Shown: piece after piece, positions 39,440 to 52,358 of the stretch | Position numbering within the stretch: the first letter of the stretch is position 1 | Layout: each line of letters starts with the position of its first letter | NCBI GenBank assembly: GCA_026770705.1 | Contig: JANJGN010000323.1 | Span: forward strand, 434,001 to 498,000 | Length of the DNA: 64,000 nucleotides | Source of the DNA: Isurus oxyrinchus | Taxonomy: Eukaryota | Reading direction: 5' to 3' | Position numbers and translations under genes: made by a program | Notes under the pieces: generated by a model | Database searches by the model: none | Told to the model about the DNA's origin: nothing | Seen by the model: the letters and a program-made list of their open reading frames with translations, nothing else

Positions 39440-40246
39440 AGAAGGTAAGAATGTAGGAACATAAGAAATAGGGACAGGAGCAGGCCATTCGGCCCCTCAA
39501 GCCTGCTCTCACTGATCTGGTTGTGGCCTTAACTCCATTCTCCTGCCTGTCCCCCAAACCCTTGACTCCCTTGTCGATCAAAAACCTGCCTCACTCAGCC
39601 TTGAGTCTATTCAATGGCCCAGCCTCCACTGCTCTCTGGGGAAGAGAATTCCACAGGCTAGCGCCCCTCTGAGAGAGGAAATTCCTCCTCATCTCAGTCT
39701 TAAATGGGAGAGGCCTCATTCCGAAACTGTGCTCCCTGGTTCTAGATTCCCCCACGAGGGGGAAACATCCTCCCAGCATCCACCCTGTCAAGCCCCCTCG
39801 GAATCGGATATGTTTCAATAAGGTCACCCCTCATTCTTCTAAACTCCAATGGATACAGGCCCAACCTGCTCAACATTTCCTCACAGGACAAACCCTTTAA
39901 TCCCAGGAATCAGCCCAGTGAAGCTTCTCTGAACTGCCTGTACACAATGATCCTGTTACAATCTCACTAACGCCCTGTGCAGCTGTTGCAAGACTTCCCT
40001 CCTTTTATACTCCATCCCTTTGCAATAAAGGCCAACATTCCACTTGCCTTCCTCATTCCGTGGTGTTCCTGAATGCTGACTTTCTGTGATTCATGTACAA
40101 GGACACCCAGATCCCTCTGTACTGCATTCTGCATCCTGTCTCCATTTAAATAATATCCTGTTTTTCTATTCTTCCTGCCAAAATAATTTGTTGCCATTCT
40201 CCTCAGTATTGACCATCCCCCCAATTCAGCCTCATCAGTAAATTTT
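39440..40246 (-). mobile_element. CR1 LINE 3' fragment between V1 and V2
   Basis: QRDLGVLVHESQK..GMLAFI and FKTEMRRNFLSQR..WNSLP. Confidence 0.85.
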
Positions 40247-40302
40247 GAGTCTAGTGGATCCACAAACCATCCAGAGTTAAATATTGATATTTCTCTCCCC
40301 AG

Positions 40303-40671
40303 CTGAACCCTCACAAGAGTGGAAAGGTGACACTCCACGAGAGGTGACAGCGCAGGAAGATTCGTGTGTACTGATTCCGTGTCATTACAGTTATCCATCG
40401 TGTCTGGAAAACCAACCGCGAGGTGGAGTCTGGTTTAATAATGAGGAACAGATTTCCTGGGCTCCCATTGCCTTTTACTCCAAGGATCACAGTCACGAGT
40501 TACCACGGTTCCGCCATCGGACCCGGCTGTCTGGAGACCTGAAAGATGGCGACTGTTCCCTGATTATAAACAACATCAGACGGGAAGATGCAGGACCTTA
40601 TTTTTTCAGAATAGAATTTGACAATGGTCCGAGCCATAACTATTACCCTGTAACCCAGCTTCACGTTTCTG
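40303..40671 (+). CDS. Gene C V-set Ig domain exon V2 (Siglec-type)
   Basis: 369 nt, phase 1-1, open, canonical AG/GT. Motifs EDSCVLIPC, GDCSL and YFFRIE. Confidence 0.88.
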
Positions 40672-41484
40672 GTAAGTGCTGTGTTATAATTACTCAACAA
40701 TTCACATTCAACACTCAATGGGAAATAACGCAAACTGTGACGTTTACATATTAACACAAAACACAGCTTATTATAACACGCTGTCTGATTCTCAATAACC
40801 TGCTAATAGCTTCCAGTTCAGTCCTAAAACAACCTCTAATAATCACTTTAATATCAATGATTAAATGTATTGACTGTGTCCATCAATGTTATCAGGTTAT
40901 CCACTTACATCAATCTCCCTAATCCTGTTTAAAATTCTTACATATCAACAAATGAAAGATTTGCATTTCTATAGCGCCTTTCAACACCTCTGGACGTCGC
41001 AAATGGATTCACAACCATTGAAATAATTCTTGAAATGTAACCCTTGTTGTAATATAGGAAACACAGCAGCCAATTTGTGCACAGGAAGCTCCCAGAAACA
41101 GCAATGTGATCAATAACCTGATCATCTGCTTTAGATGCCGGTTCAGTGATTGGTTCAAATGGATTCTCTCCTGGTGGCGACAGGATAGAATTTAAATCTG
41201 GCAGATTTCAGAGAAAGTAACAAGCCAGTGTGTCAGGAACTGTGAGCTGCTCCCCCGCCCTCACCTGGGATTGTCAATTCAATTGTCTCAAAGTGGAAGT
41301 GAATTCATCTGAGAGACAGAAATTCCACTAAGTCTGAAAATAGGAAATTCTCTCCTGATCATTGTAACCTCTCAGATCTGATATCATCCTTGTAAAATTG
41401 CTTTCTCTTGTGGGACTGTGATTTCTATTTGAACTGATGCTTCATGTTATATTTCTCTAAAAGGATCCATTCTCTGTCTGTTAG

Positions 41485-41781
41485 ATTTCACAGATAAACC
41501 CATGATATTCCCTGCTGAAATTATTGCAGGAAAGCGTGTGGATGTAAGCTGCACCTTCAACACAATGTGCAATGGAACAGCAGCACCTGTCTTAACCTGG
41601 GACACTCCCACTGACGTACCTGGATCAGTCTCAAACACTGTAACTCAGCATGGTGTCACTCTGACCTATACTTCTGTTCTGACCCTGATCCCATCACTCA
41701 AACACCACGGACACACTCTCAGCTGCAGAGTGAGATATCCATCTGTTTCATCGGAGCAGACCCTTATGCTAACTGTAAAAT
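41485..41781 (+). CDS. Gene C first C2-set exon (Siglec domain-2 type)
   Basis: TGTTAG acceptor, T|GTAAGT donor, 297 nt. DFTDKPMIFP..VSCTFNTMCNGTAAPVLTW..LSCRV carries the extra Cys used for the V-to-D2 disulfide in Siglecs. Confidence 0.88.
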
Positions 41782-42149
41782 GTAAGTATGGATTCCCTTC
41801 ATTCTATATTAGCTGTAATAGGATACAATGTGCAGAGCAAGATCCCACAAACATCACTGGGTTGAAGACAAAACAGGTCCTTTTTTATTAGTGATATTGA
41901 CCAGGGAGAGCTCTTCCTGTATTGAGCCTTGGGATTGTTTATGCCTACCTGATAGGGCAGAGGGGGCCAAGGTTGAACTTAAAAGACAATATAGGATAAT
42001 ATAAATATTGTCTTCATTGATGTCAAAGATTTTGGGGGAGATGTAGTATAAAAGTTTAATATTAACAATGTAAATAGATAGTATTTATCATCAGTTACTC
42101 AAGGTCACATGAGAATAGAACACGGAGAGAGATAGTTCTATAGATACCT

Positions 42150-44215
42150 AGGTACATAGAAACTAGGAGCAGGATTAGGACATTCAGCCCTTCAAGCCTT
42201 CTCCGCCATTCAATATGATCAAGGCTGACCCTCTATCTCAAAGCCTTATTCCCGCTTTCTCTCCGTACCCTTTGATGCCCCTAATATCAAAATATTTATC
42301 AGTTTCTTTCTTGAATACACTCAGTGACCCGGCCTCCACAGCCTCTGTGATGGAGAATTCCACAGATTGACCACCCTCTGAGTGAAGAAATGTTTCCCTA
42401 TCTCAGTCCAAAATGGCCTGCCCTGTATCCTGAGATTGTCGCCCTTGGTTTTAGACTCCCCAACCAAGGGATGCATCCTCCCTCCATCCAGTCTGTCTAT
42501 CTCTGTTAGAATTTCTTACGTTTATTCAGGTCTCCTCTCATTCTTCTAAACTCTAGTGAATACAGACCCAGTCGTACCAATTCTCCTCATACGACAGTCC
42601 TGCCGCCCCTGGTATCAGCCTAGAGAACCTTCTCTGCGCTCTCTCGACGGCAAGTCTATCCTTTTTTAGGGAGGGAGACCAAAACGGCACGTAGTACCCC
42701 ATGTGCAGTCTCACCAAGACCTTGTATAACTGCAGTAAGACATCCCTACTCCTGAACACAAATCCTCTTGCAATGAAGGCCAACATACCATTTGCCTTCC
42801 AAATTACTTGCTGCACCTGCCTGTTTACTTTCATTGGCTAGTGCACAAGGACACCCAGATCCCTTTGTACATCCACATTTCCCATTATATCACCATTTAA
42901 ATAATACTCTGCCTTTCTGTTTTTCACACCAAAGCCTACAATGTCACATTCATCCACATCATCTGCCATGTGTTTGCCCACACACACAACATGTCTAAAT
43001 CGCCTTGAAGTCTCTTTGCATCCTCCTCACAGCTCACACCCTTACCCAGCGTTGTGTCATCAGAAAACCTGGAAATATTGCACTTGGCTCCCTCACCCAA
43101 GTCATTTAAATATATCGTGAATAGTTAGGTCCCAAGCACGGATCCCTGTGGTACACCACTAGTCACTGCCTGCCACTCAGATAAAGACTAATTTATTCTG
43201 ACCCTCTGTTTCCTGTCTGTTGACCAATTCTCAATCCATGCCAGTAAATTACCCCCAATCCCATGGGCTTTAATGTTGCCCACTAGCCTCTTATGTGGGA
43301 CCTTATCAAAAGCCTTCTTGAAATCTAAAAACACCACATCCACTGGTTATCCCTTATCTATTCCACAAGTTACATCCTCAAAATCTCCAGTAGATTAGTT
43401 AAGCATGATTTTCCTTTCATTAACCCATGCTGACTTTGTCTAATCCCATTAATGCTTTCCAAGCGTTCCGTTAGCACACCTTATATAATAGGCTCTAGCG
43501 TTTTCCCCATGACTGATGTTAGACTAACTGGTCTGTAATTCTCTGATTTTTCTCTCCCTTCTATTTTAAATAGTGGGGTTACAATTGCCACCCTCCAATC
43601 TATAGGAACTGCTCCAGAGTCTATAGAATTTTGGAGGATGACCACCAGTGCTTCCAATATTTCCAGGGTCACTTCCGTTAGTCTCTGGGATGTAGATTTT
43701 CAGGCCCTGGGGACTGTTCAACTTTTAACCCATTAATTTCTCCAGCTCCATTTTTTAAAACTAATCCTGATTATCTTCAATTCCTCCCTCTCACTAGACA
43801 CTTGGTTCCCTAACATTCCTGGGAAATTATTTGTGTCCTCTTTTGTGAAGACAGAACCAAAATATATGTTCAGTTCTTCTGCCATTTCTTTGTTTCTCAT
43901 TAGAATTTCCCCCATTTCTGACTGCAAGGAACCTACATCGGTCACTGCTAATCTTTCTCTCTTCACATATTTATAGAAGCTTTTACAGTCGGTTTTTACG
44001 TTCCCTGCAAGTTTACTCCCATGTTCCATTTTCCCCTTCTTGATCAATCTTTTTGTCCACTTTTGCTGAATTCTAAACTGCTCCCAATCCTCAGCATTGC
44101 TGCTTCCCCTGGCAATTTTATGTCTCCTCTCTGGATCTAATACTATCCCTAATTTCTTTTGTAAGCCCTGGTTGAGCACCATTTCCTGACTTATTTTTAC
44201 GCCAGACAGAAATGG
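42150..44215 (-). mobile_element. CR1 LINE ORF2 fragment (about 2 kb, frameshifted)
   Basis: KSFYKYVKR, DWRVAIVTPLFK..NYRPVSLTS and ANGMLAFIARG motifs. Confidence 0.9.
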
Positions 44216-44339
44216 ATAATTGTTGTAGCAAATGCTTCAGCCTTATCTTTTGCCCTGATGTGCTGGGCTCCCCCTTCATTGAGAATGGGGATATTTGTGG
44301 ATTCCCCTCCTCCAGTGAGTTAATTGTCCGTTACCATTG

Positions 44340-45335
44340 GATACGAGCATTAGTGGACTGTATTAGACCATTATCGAAAATGAAAGCTGGACTCCAGTAT
44401 GGCCTCACTATGATGGATATGACAACTCGATTTCCAGAGACCATCCCTTTAGGAACAATTACAGCTAAAGTAGTAATAGGGAAGTTAACCCAATTTTTTA
44501 CCCATTATGGATTACCGCTGGAGATCCAGTCAGATCAAGGTTCCATCTCTATGTCTTAAAATTTTCCGAACATAATGAGTAATTTGGGTATAAAACAGTT
44601 AAAGTCCACAGCATATCATCCATAGACACAGGGATCTTTAGAGAGGGACCAACAAACCCTCAAAACAATGATTGAAGCTATTGTCATGATCTCCCCATGA
44701 CTGGGACAAAGGACTGGATTTCTTGTATTTCCCACATGAGATTCACCAACTGAATCGGCAGGTTTTAGTCTTTTTGGAATAACTTATGGACACGAGATAA
44801 GAGGCTGTTTGAAATACATCAAAGAAAGATATTCCGGACAGAGGGATGAATCCTCTATTTCAGATGATGTGTCCATGTTTCAGGAACGGCTCATGGGAGC
44901 CTCCAAAGTGGCACAAGAACATCTTATAGTTTCTCAAACAGAAATGAAGGAATGGGGCAGACAGGCAAGCTGTGACCCGAACATCACAACCAGGGGGATG
45001 ACGTGTTAGTATCATTGCCTTGGCAGGGGGAGCCTCTGAAAGCGCGGTTCAGTGGTCTCCACAAGGTAATTAGGAGGGTTGGTCAAGTAAATTATTTGAT
45101 AGACACCCCAGATTGTAGAATAAAGAATCGGCTGTGACACATCAATATGTTAAAACGATACCATCGTAGGGAGGGAGGTAAAAAGGAGCAGGTATTTCAT
45201 TTCCAACCAGATTCTGCATAGATTACAGAAAGGTTAATGCAGCAATAAAACCAGATTCCTACCCAATCCCCTGTTTAGAAGATGGTATTGACGAGGTTGG
45301 CAGTGCCATGTTCCTTACTGAGATAAATTTGTTGG
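44340..45335 (+). mobile_element. Gmr1-type gypsy fragment (integrase upstream of RT)
   Basis: Integrase TRFPETIPL..YGLPLEIQSDQGS is followed on the same strand by RT N-terminal RFCIDYRKVNAAIKPDSYPIP (about 45209). Confidence 0.75.
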
Positions 45336-46183
45336 TAGTGGGGGGTGTTCGTGACCATCAGTGTGGAAGGGTTAGGTTTACAGGTTACACAGACCAGACA
45401 CACACCAACAGACACACACACACATGTAAGCACGCACATTCACACGCACACGCGCACACACACAACACACACACGCACACGCACACACACACACACACAC
45501 ACACGTAAGCACGCACATNNNNNNNNNNNNNNNNNNNNNNNNNNNNNNNNNNNNNNNNNNNNNNNNNNNNNNNNNNNNNNNNNNNNNNNNNNNNNNNNNN
45601 NNNNNNNNNNNNNNNNNNNNNNNNNNNNNNNNNNNNNNNNNNNNNNNNNNNNNNNNNNNNNNNNNNNNNNNNNNNNNNNNNNNNNNNNNNNNNNNNNNNN
45701 NNNNNNNNNNNNNNNNNNNNNNNNNNNNNNNNNNNNNNNNNNNNNNNNNNNNNNNNNNNNNNNNNNNNCACTCAGTGCTGCACTGGAGTCTCGGTGTCAG
45801 CTCCGATTCTGTGTTGAAGGAAGGTAAACTCCGGATCAACAAGACCCTGAATTGGATGGAGCAACCTCCTTAACAGAGAATTGTAGATTTACCCCTCAGT
45901 GCTCCATCGATCAAATATAATTCATTGCCTGTCAAGCCCTTGGGGACATCCTGAGGATGTGAAAGGCAGTTTCTTTAAATCTGGATGGGCAGCGTCTCTG
46001 GTGGGAGAATGCTCCTGCAGTGTGACAGTTTACATAGGCAGTGCCCATTGTAAATGTGACATAGGAACTTATCTTGAGAGAAGGTGCCTAGAAATGCACA
46101 CAGGCATCAGTTACAGCGAGATGATACAGGAAGTTTTGCTGTGCACTGTGTTTGCTCACATTAAAATCTTTATATATTTTTAG

Positions 46184-46465
46184 ATGCACCACAGAATCTC
46201 TCAATTACTTCTCTTGATATGATTAACGCTTCATCGATCAATATAATTGCGGGGAATTCTGCAGTGATAATCTGCTCTGTCGAGAGGTTCCCAGCTTCTA
46301 ACCTGACGTGGCGACATCTCAATGTCCAAATGAACAGAACAAGTTCCAACAATGAGCTGTGGTTGGTGATTCCTCACGTTACATCCAGGGACACTGGAGA
46401 TTATCAGTGTGTGGCAGAGAATGAACATGGAGCAGTGGAGGGGTTCATAACCATCACTGTGGAAT
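46184..46465 (+). CDS. Gene C second C2-set exon (D3 type)
   Basis: TTTTAG acceptor, T|GTGAGT donor, 282 nt. YAPQNL..IICSVERFPASNLTW..DTGDYQCVAENEHG. Confidence 0.88.
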
Positions 46466-46469
46466 GTGA

Positions 46470-46795
46470 GTGTGGAGATACATTTGTTTGTTTGTTGTCT
46501 CCGTGGTCTCCGTGGAGCCATTGGGATCGTGTTGTTTTTAATCCAGTTTTCTTCAATCCTCGCTCAGTCCACGTTATCCACACATCCAATTTTTCCTCTC
46601 CCTTTCTGTTTTTGGTCTCAGTTTCTCCTTCAATGGTTGTCAGGACAAGGCTGTCAGGTCTTCGTTTCCAATCTCCATACTTGACGACCTTTCTCTCTCT
46701 AACTGTCCTGAACAACCCTTTTAATTGCTGAACATCTCCTCTTGATCTAAGCCACTCATTGGTCTTTCTGTCCATCCAGCTGATTCTGAGCATCT
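46470..46795 (-). mobile_element. RTE-like LINE 3' fragment
   Basis: MLRISWMDRKTNE motif resembles the RTE-clade C-terminus. Confidence 0.5.
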
Positions 46796-47850
46796 GGCAG
46801 CATCTGTGGAGAGAAAGACAGGGTTAGCGTTTGGAGTCCGTAAGACTCCTCTTCAGAGCTAAAGGGAAGTAGACATGTGGTGAAATATATCCTGTCTAAG
46901 GGGGGGCGATGGGACAGGTGGAGCTGGATAGAAAACCAGCGATAGGTGGAGGCAATGGAGAGATTGTGAAAAATGTCATAAACAAAAGGTCAAAGGGTTG
47001 TTAACAGTGGTGGTATTGGATAAAGGAGGTGCTAATGGTGACATTAAGCAGAGTGTGATAATGGGCGGACCAGGGTAAGCACTCTGGAAAGAGACAGATG
47101 GCCCTCGTGGGGGTGTGGCAGGGGGAGGGGACGGTGGAGGGAATAAAGATCGAAAATAGACTAAAATCTGCGGATAAAACAATCAATAAAAATGGAAATG
47201 AATTTCAAATAATAATAATAAAAATAAGTGGAAAACAGTTAACAAAAAAAACAATTAAAATGAATACATTAAAAAAGGGTTCAAAAAGCAGTGAAGATCG
47301 AGGAGAGAGTTCATGATCTGAAATTGTTGAATTCAATATTCAGTCCGGAAGGCTGTAAAGTGCCAGGTCGGAAGATGAGGTGCTGTTCCTCCAGTTTGTG
47401 TTGGGCTTCACTGGAACAATGCAGCAGGCCAAGGACGGACATGTGGGCATGAGAGCAGGGTGGGGTGTTAAAATGGCAAGCGACAGGGAGGTCTGGGTCG
47501 TTCTTGCAGACAGACTGAAGGTGTTCATCAGAGCGATCACCCAGTCTGTGTTTGGTGTCTCCAATGTAGAGGAGACCACATTGGGAGCATTGAATGCAGT
47601 AGATTAAATTGAAGGAAGTCTGCATGAAGCGCTGCTTCACCTGGAAGGAGTGTTTGGGTCATTGGACAGTGAGGGGGGAGGAGGTAAAGGGGCAGGTGTT
47701 GCACCTTCTGTAAATACATGGGAAGATGTCATCGGAGAGGGTTGAGGTGCTAGGGGTGATGGAGGAGTGGACCAGGGTGTCCTGGAGGGAATGATCCCTG
47801 TGGAATGCCAACGGGGTGGGGGTGAAGGGAAGATGCTTTTGATGGTGGTC
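46790..47850 (-). mobile_element. Penelope-like element fragment with GIY-YIG endonuclease
   Basis: NLIYCIQCSQCGLLYIGDTKHRL..EH..HF..GLN. Confidence 0.85.
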
Positions 47851-47994
47851 AGATTTTGTCCAAAGGAGGTGAGAAATGAGGGAGGGAATTCCAGAGGTTA
47901 GGATCCAGGCAGCTGAAGGCACGGCTGCCAATGGTGGAGCGATAGGAATCGGGGGAAGGTCAAGAGGCTGGAATTGGAGGTGCATCGAGATCTC

Positions 47995-48520
47995 GGAGGG
48001 TTGTAGAGGCTGGAGGAGTTTACAGAGATAAGGAAGGTTGTAGGGGCTGGAGGAGGTTACAGAGATAGGGACGGTTGTAGGGGCTGGAGGAGGTTACAGA
48101 GATAGGGAGTGTTGTAGGGGCTGGATGAGGTTACAGAGATAGTGAGGGTTGAAGGGTCTGGAGGAGGTTACAGAGATAGGGAGGGTTGTAGAGGCTGGAG
48201 GAGTTTACAGAGATAGGGAGGGTTGTGGGGGCTGGAGGAGGTAACAGAGTTAGGGAGGGTTGTGGGGGCTGGAGGAGGTTACAGAGATAGAGAGGGTTGT
48301 GGGGGCTGGAGGAGGTTACATAGATAGGGAGGGGTGTAGGGATGGAAGGTGGTTGCGGAGTTAGCGAGTTTTATAGGGGCTGTAGGAGGTTACAGGGATA
48401 GGGACGGTTGTGGGGGTTGGAGGAGGTTACAGAGATAGGGAGGGTTATAGGTGCTGAAGGAGGTAACAGAGATAGGAAGGGTTATAGGGGCTGGAGGAGG
48501 TAACAGAGATAGGGAGGGGG
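47995..48520. repeat. 37-bp minisatellite, reverse orientation
   Basis: GGAGGAGGTTACAGAGATAGGGAGGGTTGTAGGGGCT units. Confidence 0.88.
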
Positions 48521-48828
48521 TAAGGAGGGATTTGAAACGATGTGAATTTTAAAATTGTGGCATTGTCGGACCGGGAGCCAGTGTAGCTCAGTGACCAACA
48601 GGGAGTGATGTGTGAACAGGACTCGGTGTGAGTTAGGACATGGGGACAGCAGAGTTTAGGATGAGCTGATGTTTATGGAGAGTGGAAGATGGGAGGTCGG
48701 GCAGGAGAGTGTTGGGATAGTTGAGTGCAGAGGTAACAAAGGCAGGAATGAGTGTTTCAGTGTGAAGATTCTATCTTACGCTCTAACTTTGCTATGACGT
48801 TGTCTCATTGTTGTCCTTACCTCCTCAG

Positions 48829-49122
48829 ATAAGCCGGAGATTTCCCAGCAGTCGGAGTGCACTCGGAGATCAGAGGGGGTCACCTGCGTCTGTGTGACCA
48901 CCTCCAACCCACCGGGAGACCTCACCTGGCACCTGCCCAGTGCCAACATCAGTGGTAACCAAACACACGGAGATTTTGTGTCGTGGCAGGTCAGAGATGG
49001 GCATCTGGTGACTGGTTCCCTCACCCTGATGAGACCTCAGGATGAGGGGGGAGTGATTGCATCCTGCTTGGTTCAAAACCCACATGGGGAAGCCATGTTC
49101 AAGGTGTATCTGTGGGTCAAAG
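48829..49122 (+). CDS. Gene C membrane-proximal Ig exon (MAG domain-5-like)
   Basis: CCTCAG acceptor, AAG|GTGAGA donor, 294 nt. YKPEISQQSECTRRSEGVTCVCVTTSNPPGDLTWHLPSANIS..SCLVQNPHG shows the C-x-C..SNP pattern I recall from the membrane-proximal domain of MAG and CD33-related Siglecs. Confidence 0.85.
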
Positions 49123-49469
49123 GTGAGAGACTCGCTCAGGATCGATCTCCACTCAGCTGGATTGATCCCTAAACTCGAGAATTCCCTCCCTCAACCTCTC
49201 CACCTCTCTCTCTACCTCCTCTAAGATGCTGTGTACAACTTCCCCCTTTGACCAAGCTTTGAATCACCTGACCTCATGTGACAATGGCAACACTTGGTCA
49301 AATTGGAGCCAGGCCGTTCAGGGGGTGATGTCAGGAAGCACTTCTTCACACAAAGGGGAGTGGAAATCTGGAACCCTCTCCCCCAGATAAGCTGCTTCAT
49401 TGGGTGCAAGACAGAAAGCTTTGACAAAATGTCCTTTCTCAGCAATACTCAGGTTCTCCTCCCAAACGA

Positions 49470-49730
49470 CGAAATATTATATATAAACATTACATAGATT
49501 ACATCGAGAAACATTATATATAAATATTACATAGATTACATCGAGAAATATTATATATAAATATTACATAGATTACATTGATAAATATTATATATAAATA
49601 TTACATAGATTACATCGAGAAAAATTATATATAAATGTTACATATATTACATTGCTAAATATTATACATTAATGTTATAGGGATCACATTGATAAATATA
49701 TATAAATGTTAAATTGATTACATCGAAATG
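49470..49730. repeat. AT-rich tandem repeat of about 38 bp
   Basis: ATATTATATATAAATATTACATAGATTACATCGAGAA units. Confidence 0.8.
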
Positions 49731-50224
49731 CAAGACTCGATAACCAATGAAGCAGTTTCGAAGTGAGCTCACTGTTGTCATGTAGGAAACGCAACAGTTG
49801 ATTTGTACACAGCAAGATCCCACAAACAACAGCGTGAAATTGAGGTGATAATTGATTATTTTAGTGAGGTTATTTGATACATATATATATAGAAATTACA
49901 TATATAATGTGGGTCACTAATGACCCTTAAGGGAGGGAAACCTGTCCATTTTAACAGGTCTGGGTGTATATGTGACTCCAGTCTCAGACACCATCATGGT
50001 TAACTCTTACCTGCCCTCTGAACTGGTCTCCCAGTTTGGGACAAACCAGTGGTTCAGGAGGAAGACTCCCCACCAGCTTCTCAAGGGGAAACTAGGGATG
50101 GACAATAAATGTCAGCATTGCCCGAGAATGAGTATTTAAACACTGAGTGAGTGTATCGCTTCTCGAGATACATCGGAGCATCATTGTAAACCTGTAGTGC
50201 AGTAATTAATGGCTGTTTTTACAG

Positions 50225-50321
50225 GTAGAGACTCCAGTAAATGGACAGTAGGATTGTTCACGGCTGGGATCATGTTGAGTGTTTTCCTGGCTGGAATCTT
50301 CATCTTCATCTGTGTGAGAAA
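50225..50321 (+). CDS. Gene C transmembrane exon (GRDSSKWTVGLFTAGIMLSVFLAGIFIFICVRK)
   Basis: TTACAG acceptor, AA|GTAAGT donor, 97 nt, phase 1-2. Uncharged hydrophobic span followed by basic stop-transfer residues. Confidence 0.85.
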
Positions 50322-50459
50322 GTAAGTCTGAAGATTTAACTTGATTTTAATATAAACATTTGTTGAGGACTAATTGGACAGTTTTTACAAAGGGCCAGCA
50401 CAGGCACGATGGGCTGAGTGGCTTCCTCCTGAGCTGTGAGATTTTAAATTCTTTAATCA

Positions 50460-50895
50460 AATGTGACTGTCACTGGTGAGGCCGTTATTAACTTGCCCAT
50501 CTCTAATTGCCCCTTGAGAAGGTGGTGGTGAGCTGCCTTCTTGACCCGCTGCAGTCCATGTGGTGTAGGTACACCCACAGTGCTGTTAGAGAGGGAGTTC
50601 CAGGATTTTGACCCTGCGACAGTGAAGGAACGGTGATATATTTCCAAGTCAGGATGGTGAGTGACTTGGAGGGGAACTTCCAGGTGGTGGTGTTCCCATG
50701 TGTCTGCTGCCCTTGTCCTTCTAGATGGTAGAGGTCGTGGTTTTGGAAGGTGCTGTTGAAGGAGTCTTGCTGAGTTGCTGCAGTGCATCTTGTAGATGGT
50801 ACACACACTGCTGCCACTGTGTGTTCATGGTGGAGGGAGTGAATGTTTAATGTGGTGGATGGGGTGTCGATCAATCGGGCTGCTTTGTTGTTGAT
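50460..50895 (-). mobile_element. CR1-group LINE 3' fragment
   Basis: Same family as 15020-16090 (CTIYKMHCSN..SWNSL). Confidence 0.7.
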
Positions 50896-51044
50896 GGTGT
50901 CGAGATTCTAGATTCTGTGCTTTGTGCAGTAGTGATTTAAAGAGACAGTCCCAGTCATTGGTGTAAGTTACAGTGGGCTCTGTGTCTGTGCTGCACTGAC
51001 TCTCTGCTATATGATAACCACAGTGTGATATTGTGTTATTGCAG

Positions 51045-51126
51045 GAGAAGGACAGCAATGGAGGAGAGAGTTTCAGGGACCAGAGACATTGCATTGACCC
51101 TCAGTTCACTCTCTGTGAACCACCAG
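51045..51126 (+). CDS. Gene C cytoplasmic exon 1 (RRTAMEERVSGTRDIALTLSSLSVNHQ)
   Basis: TTGCAG acceptor, CAG|GTACAG donor, 82 nt. Phase 2-0 exactly bridges the TM exon and the terminal exon. Confidence 0.75.
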
Positions 51127-52358
51127 GTACAGGAGCTGTTTACACTCACTCCAAAGCTTCAATCTCAGTGTGTAGACAACACATGTCCCAGATTCCCAGC
51201 CCAGTTACCCACTGATTTGTACCTGTGGAGTCAGCAATGGTTCAGTATCATGCTGTCTTTCTGTTATGACACAGCAACTGGTAAAGGCTGTTGTTTAAAA
51301 TCCCAGAGGAAACTTTAAACAACTGTCATAACCTATATTTCCCAGTGGAATGTTTGAGATGCAGCTCTAAATTCAGGAATAAGAGCACCAGTTCTCGACA
51401 TGGGTGTTATATCAAACTACATGAGACATTTATTAATTTACACAAGTTAAACATATGCACATGGCTACAAGCGAGTATTATCATAACTTTTTAACAAATT
51501 CCCAAACTAATCTCCTCTAAGACAACCCATAGACTTTAAGCAGACACCAGGCAAAGCATTTTCACCTCACAAATTCCAAATGAGGTTCCTTTCACTTTGG
51601 TTCCTTTGCAGACAGATGTAGGCTTACAGCTGCTTTGATGTTACAAGCCTCTGCTCTGCACACACAAAACTGCTCAAGTTATACCCAATGCTTCTCTTTG
51701 AATGTAAATTCTCACTGAATCATCAGGACCTTTGAACTCCACCCTTCATCGTATCAATTTTATTAGTAATATAAACATTGATTCGTTTAAGATTTCACTC
51801 CCAGACATTGAATGCTCTGTTTAAAAATGGAAATTACCCCTTTACCTCTTTGTTTACATCTCAAAACTACTTGACATCAAAGTACCCGGACTGGCTGGCT
51901 TTAATCCAATTAAAACACTCACACACACACACCCACAGACTAAACCTCTGTTTAAAAAGACAATTTCCAATTACATTACATACATTAATAGATTAATAAC
52001 ACCCTATCTCTATCCCTTTCTCTCTTTCTCTTCCCTCTCATCTTCTCTCTGATTACAAGGTTCTTGTTAATGAGCCTCACGTCAGGTACCTGAATGCAGA
52101 ATCCAAGCCGGCACTCGCCAGAGACATTACCGAGGGAGTGCGAGACTGACAGAGGGTCAGTCCTGAGGGAGTGCTGCGCTGTCGGGGGTCAGTACTGAGG
52201 GAGTGCTGCCCTGTCATAGGTGGTTTCTTTTTTATGATATGAGAGAGAGAGTAAAACCAACTGAGACACGACTGACACTAATGAGGCTGCACAATAATTT
52301 AACCCTATCAGTGCCAGTAAATGATGTGAGGATGTCTTCTGTTTCCATTTCTCTGTAG

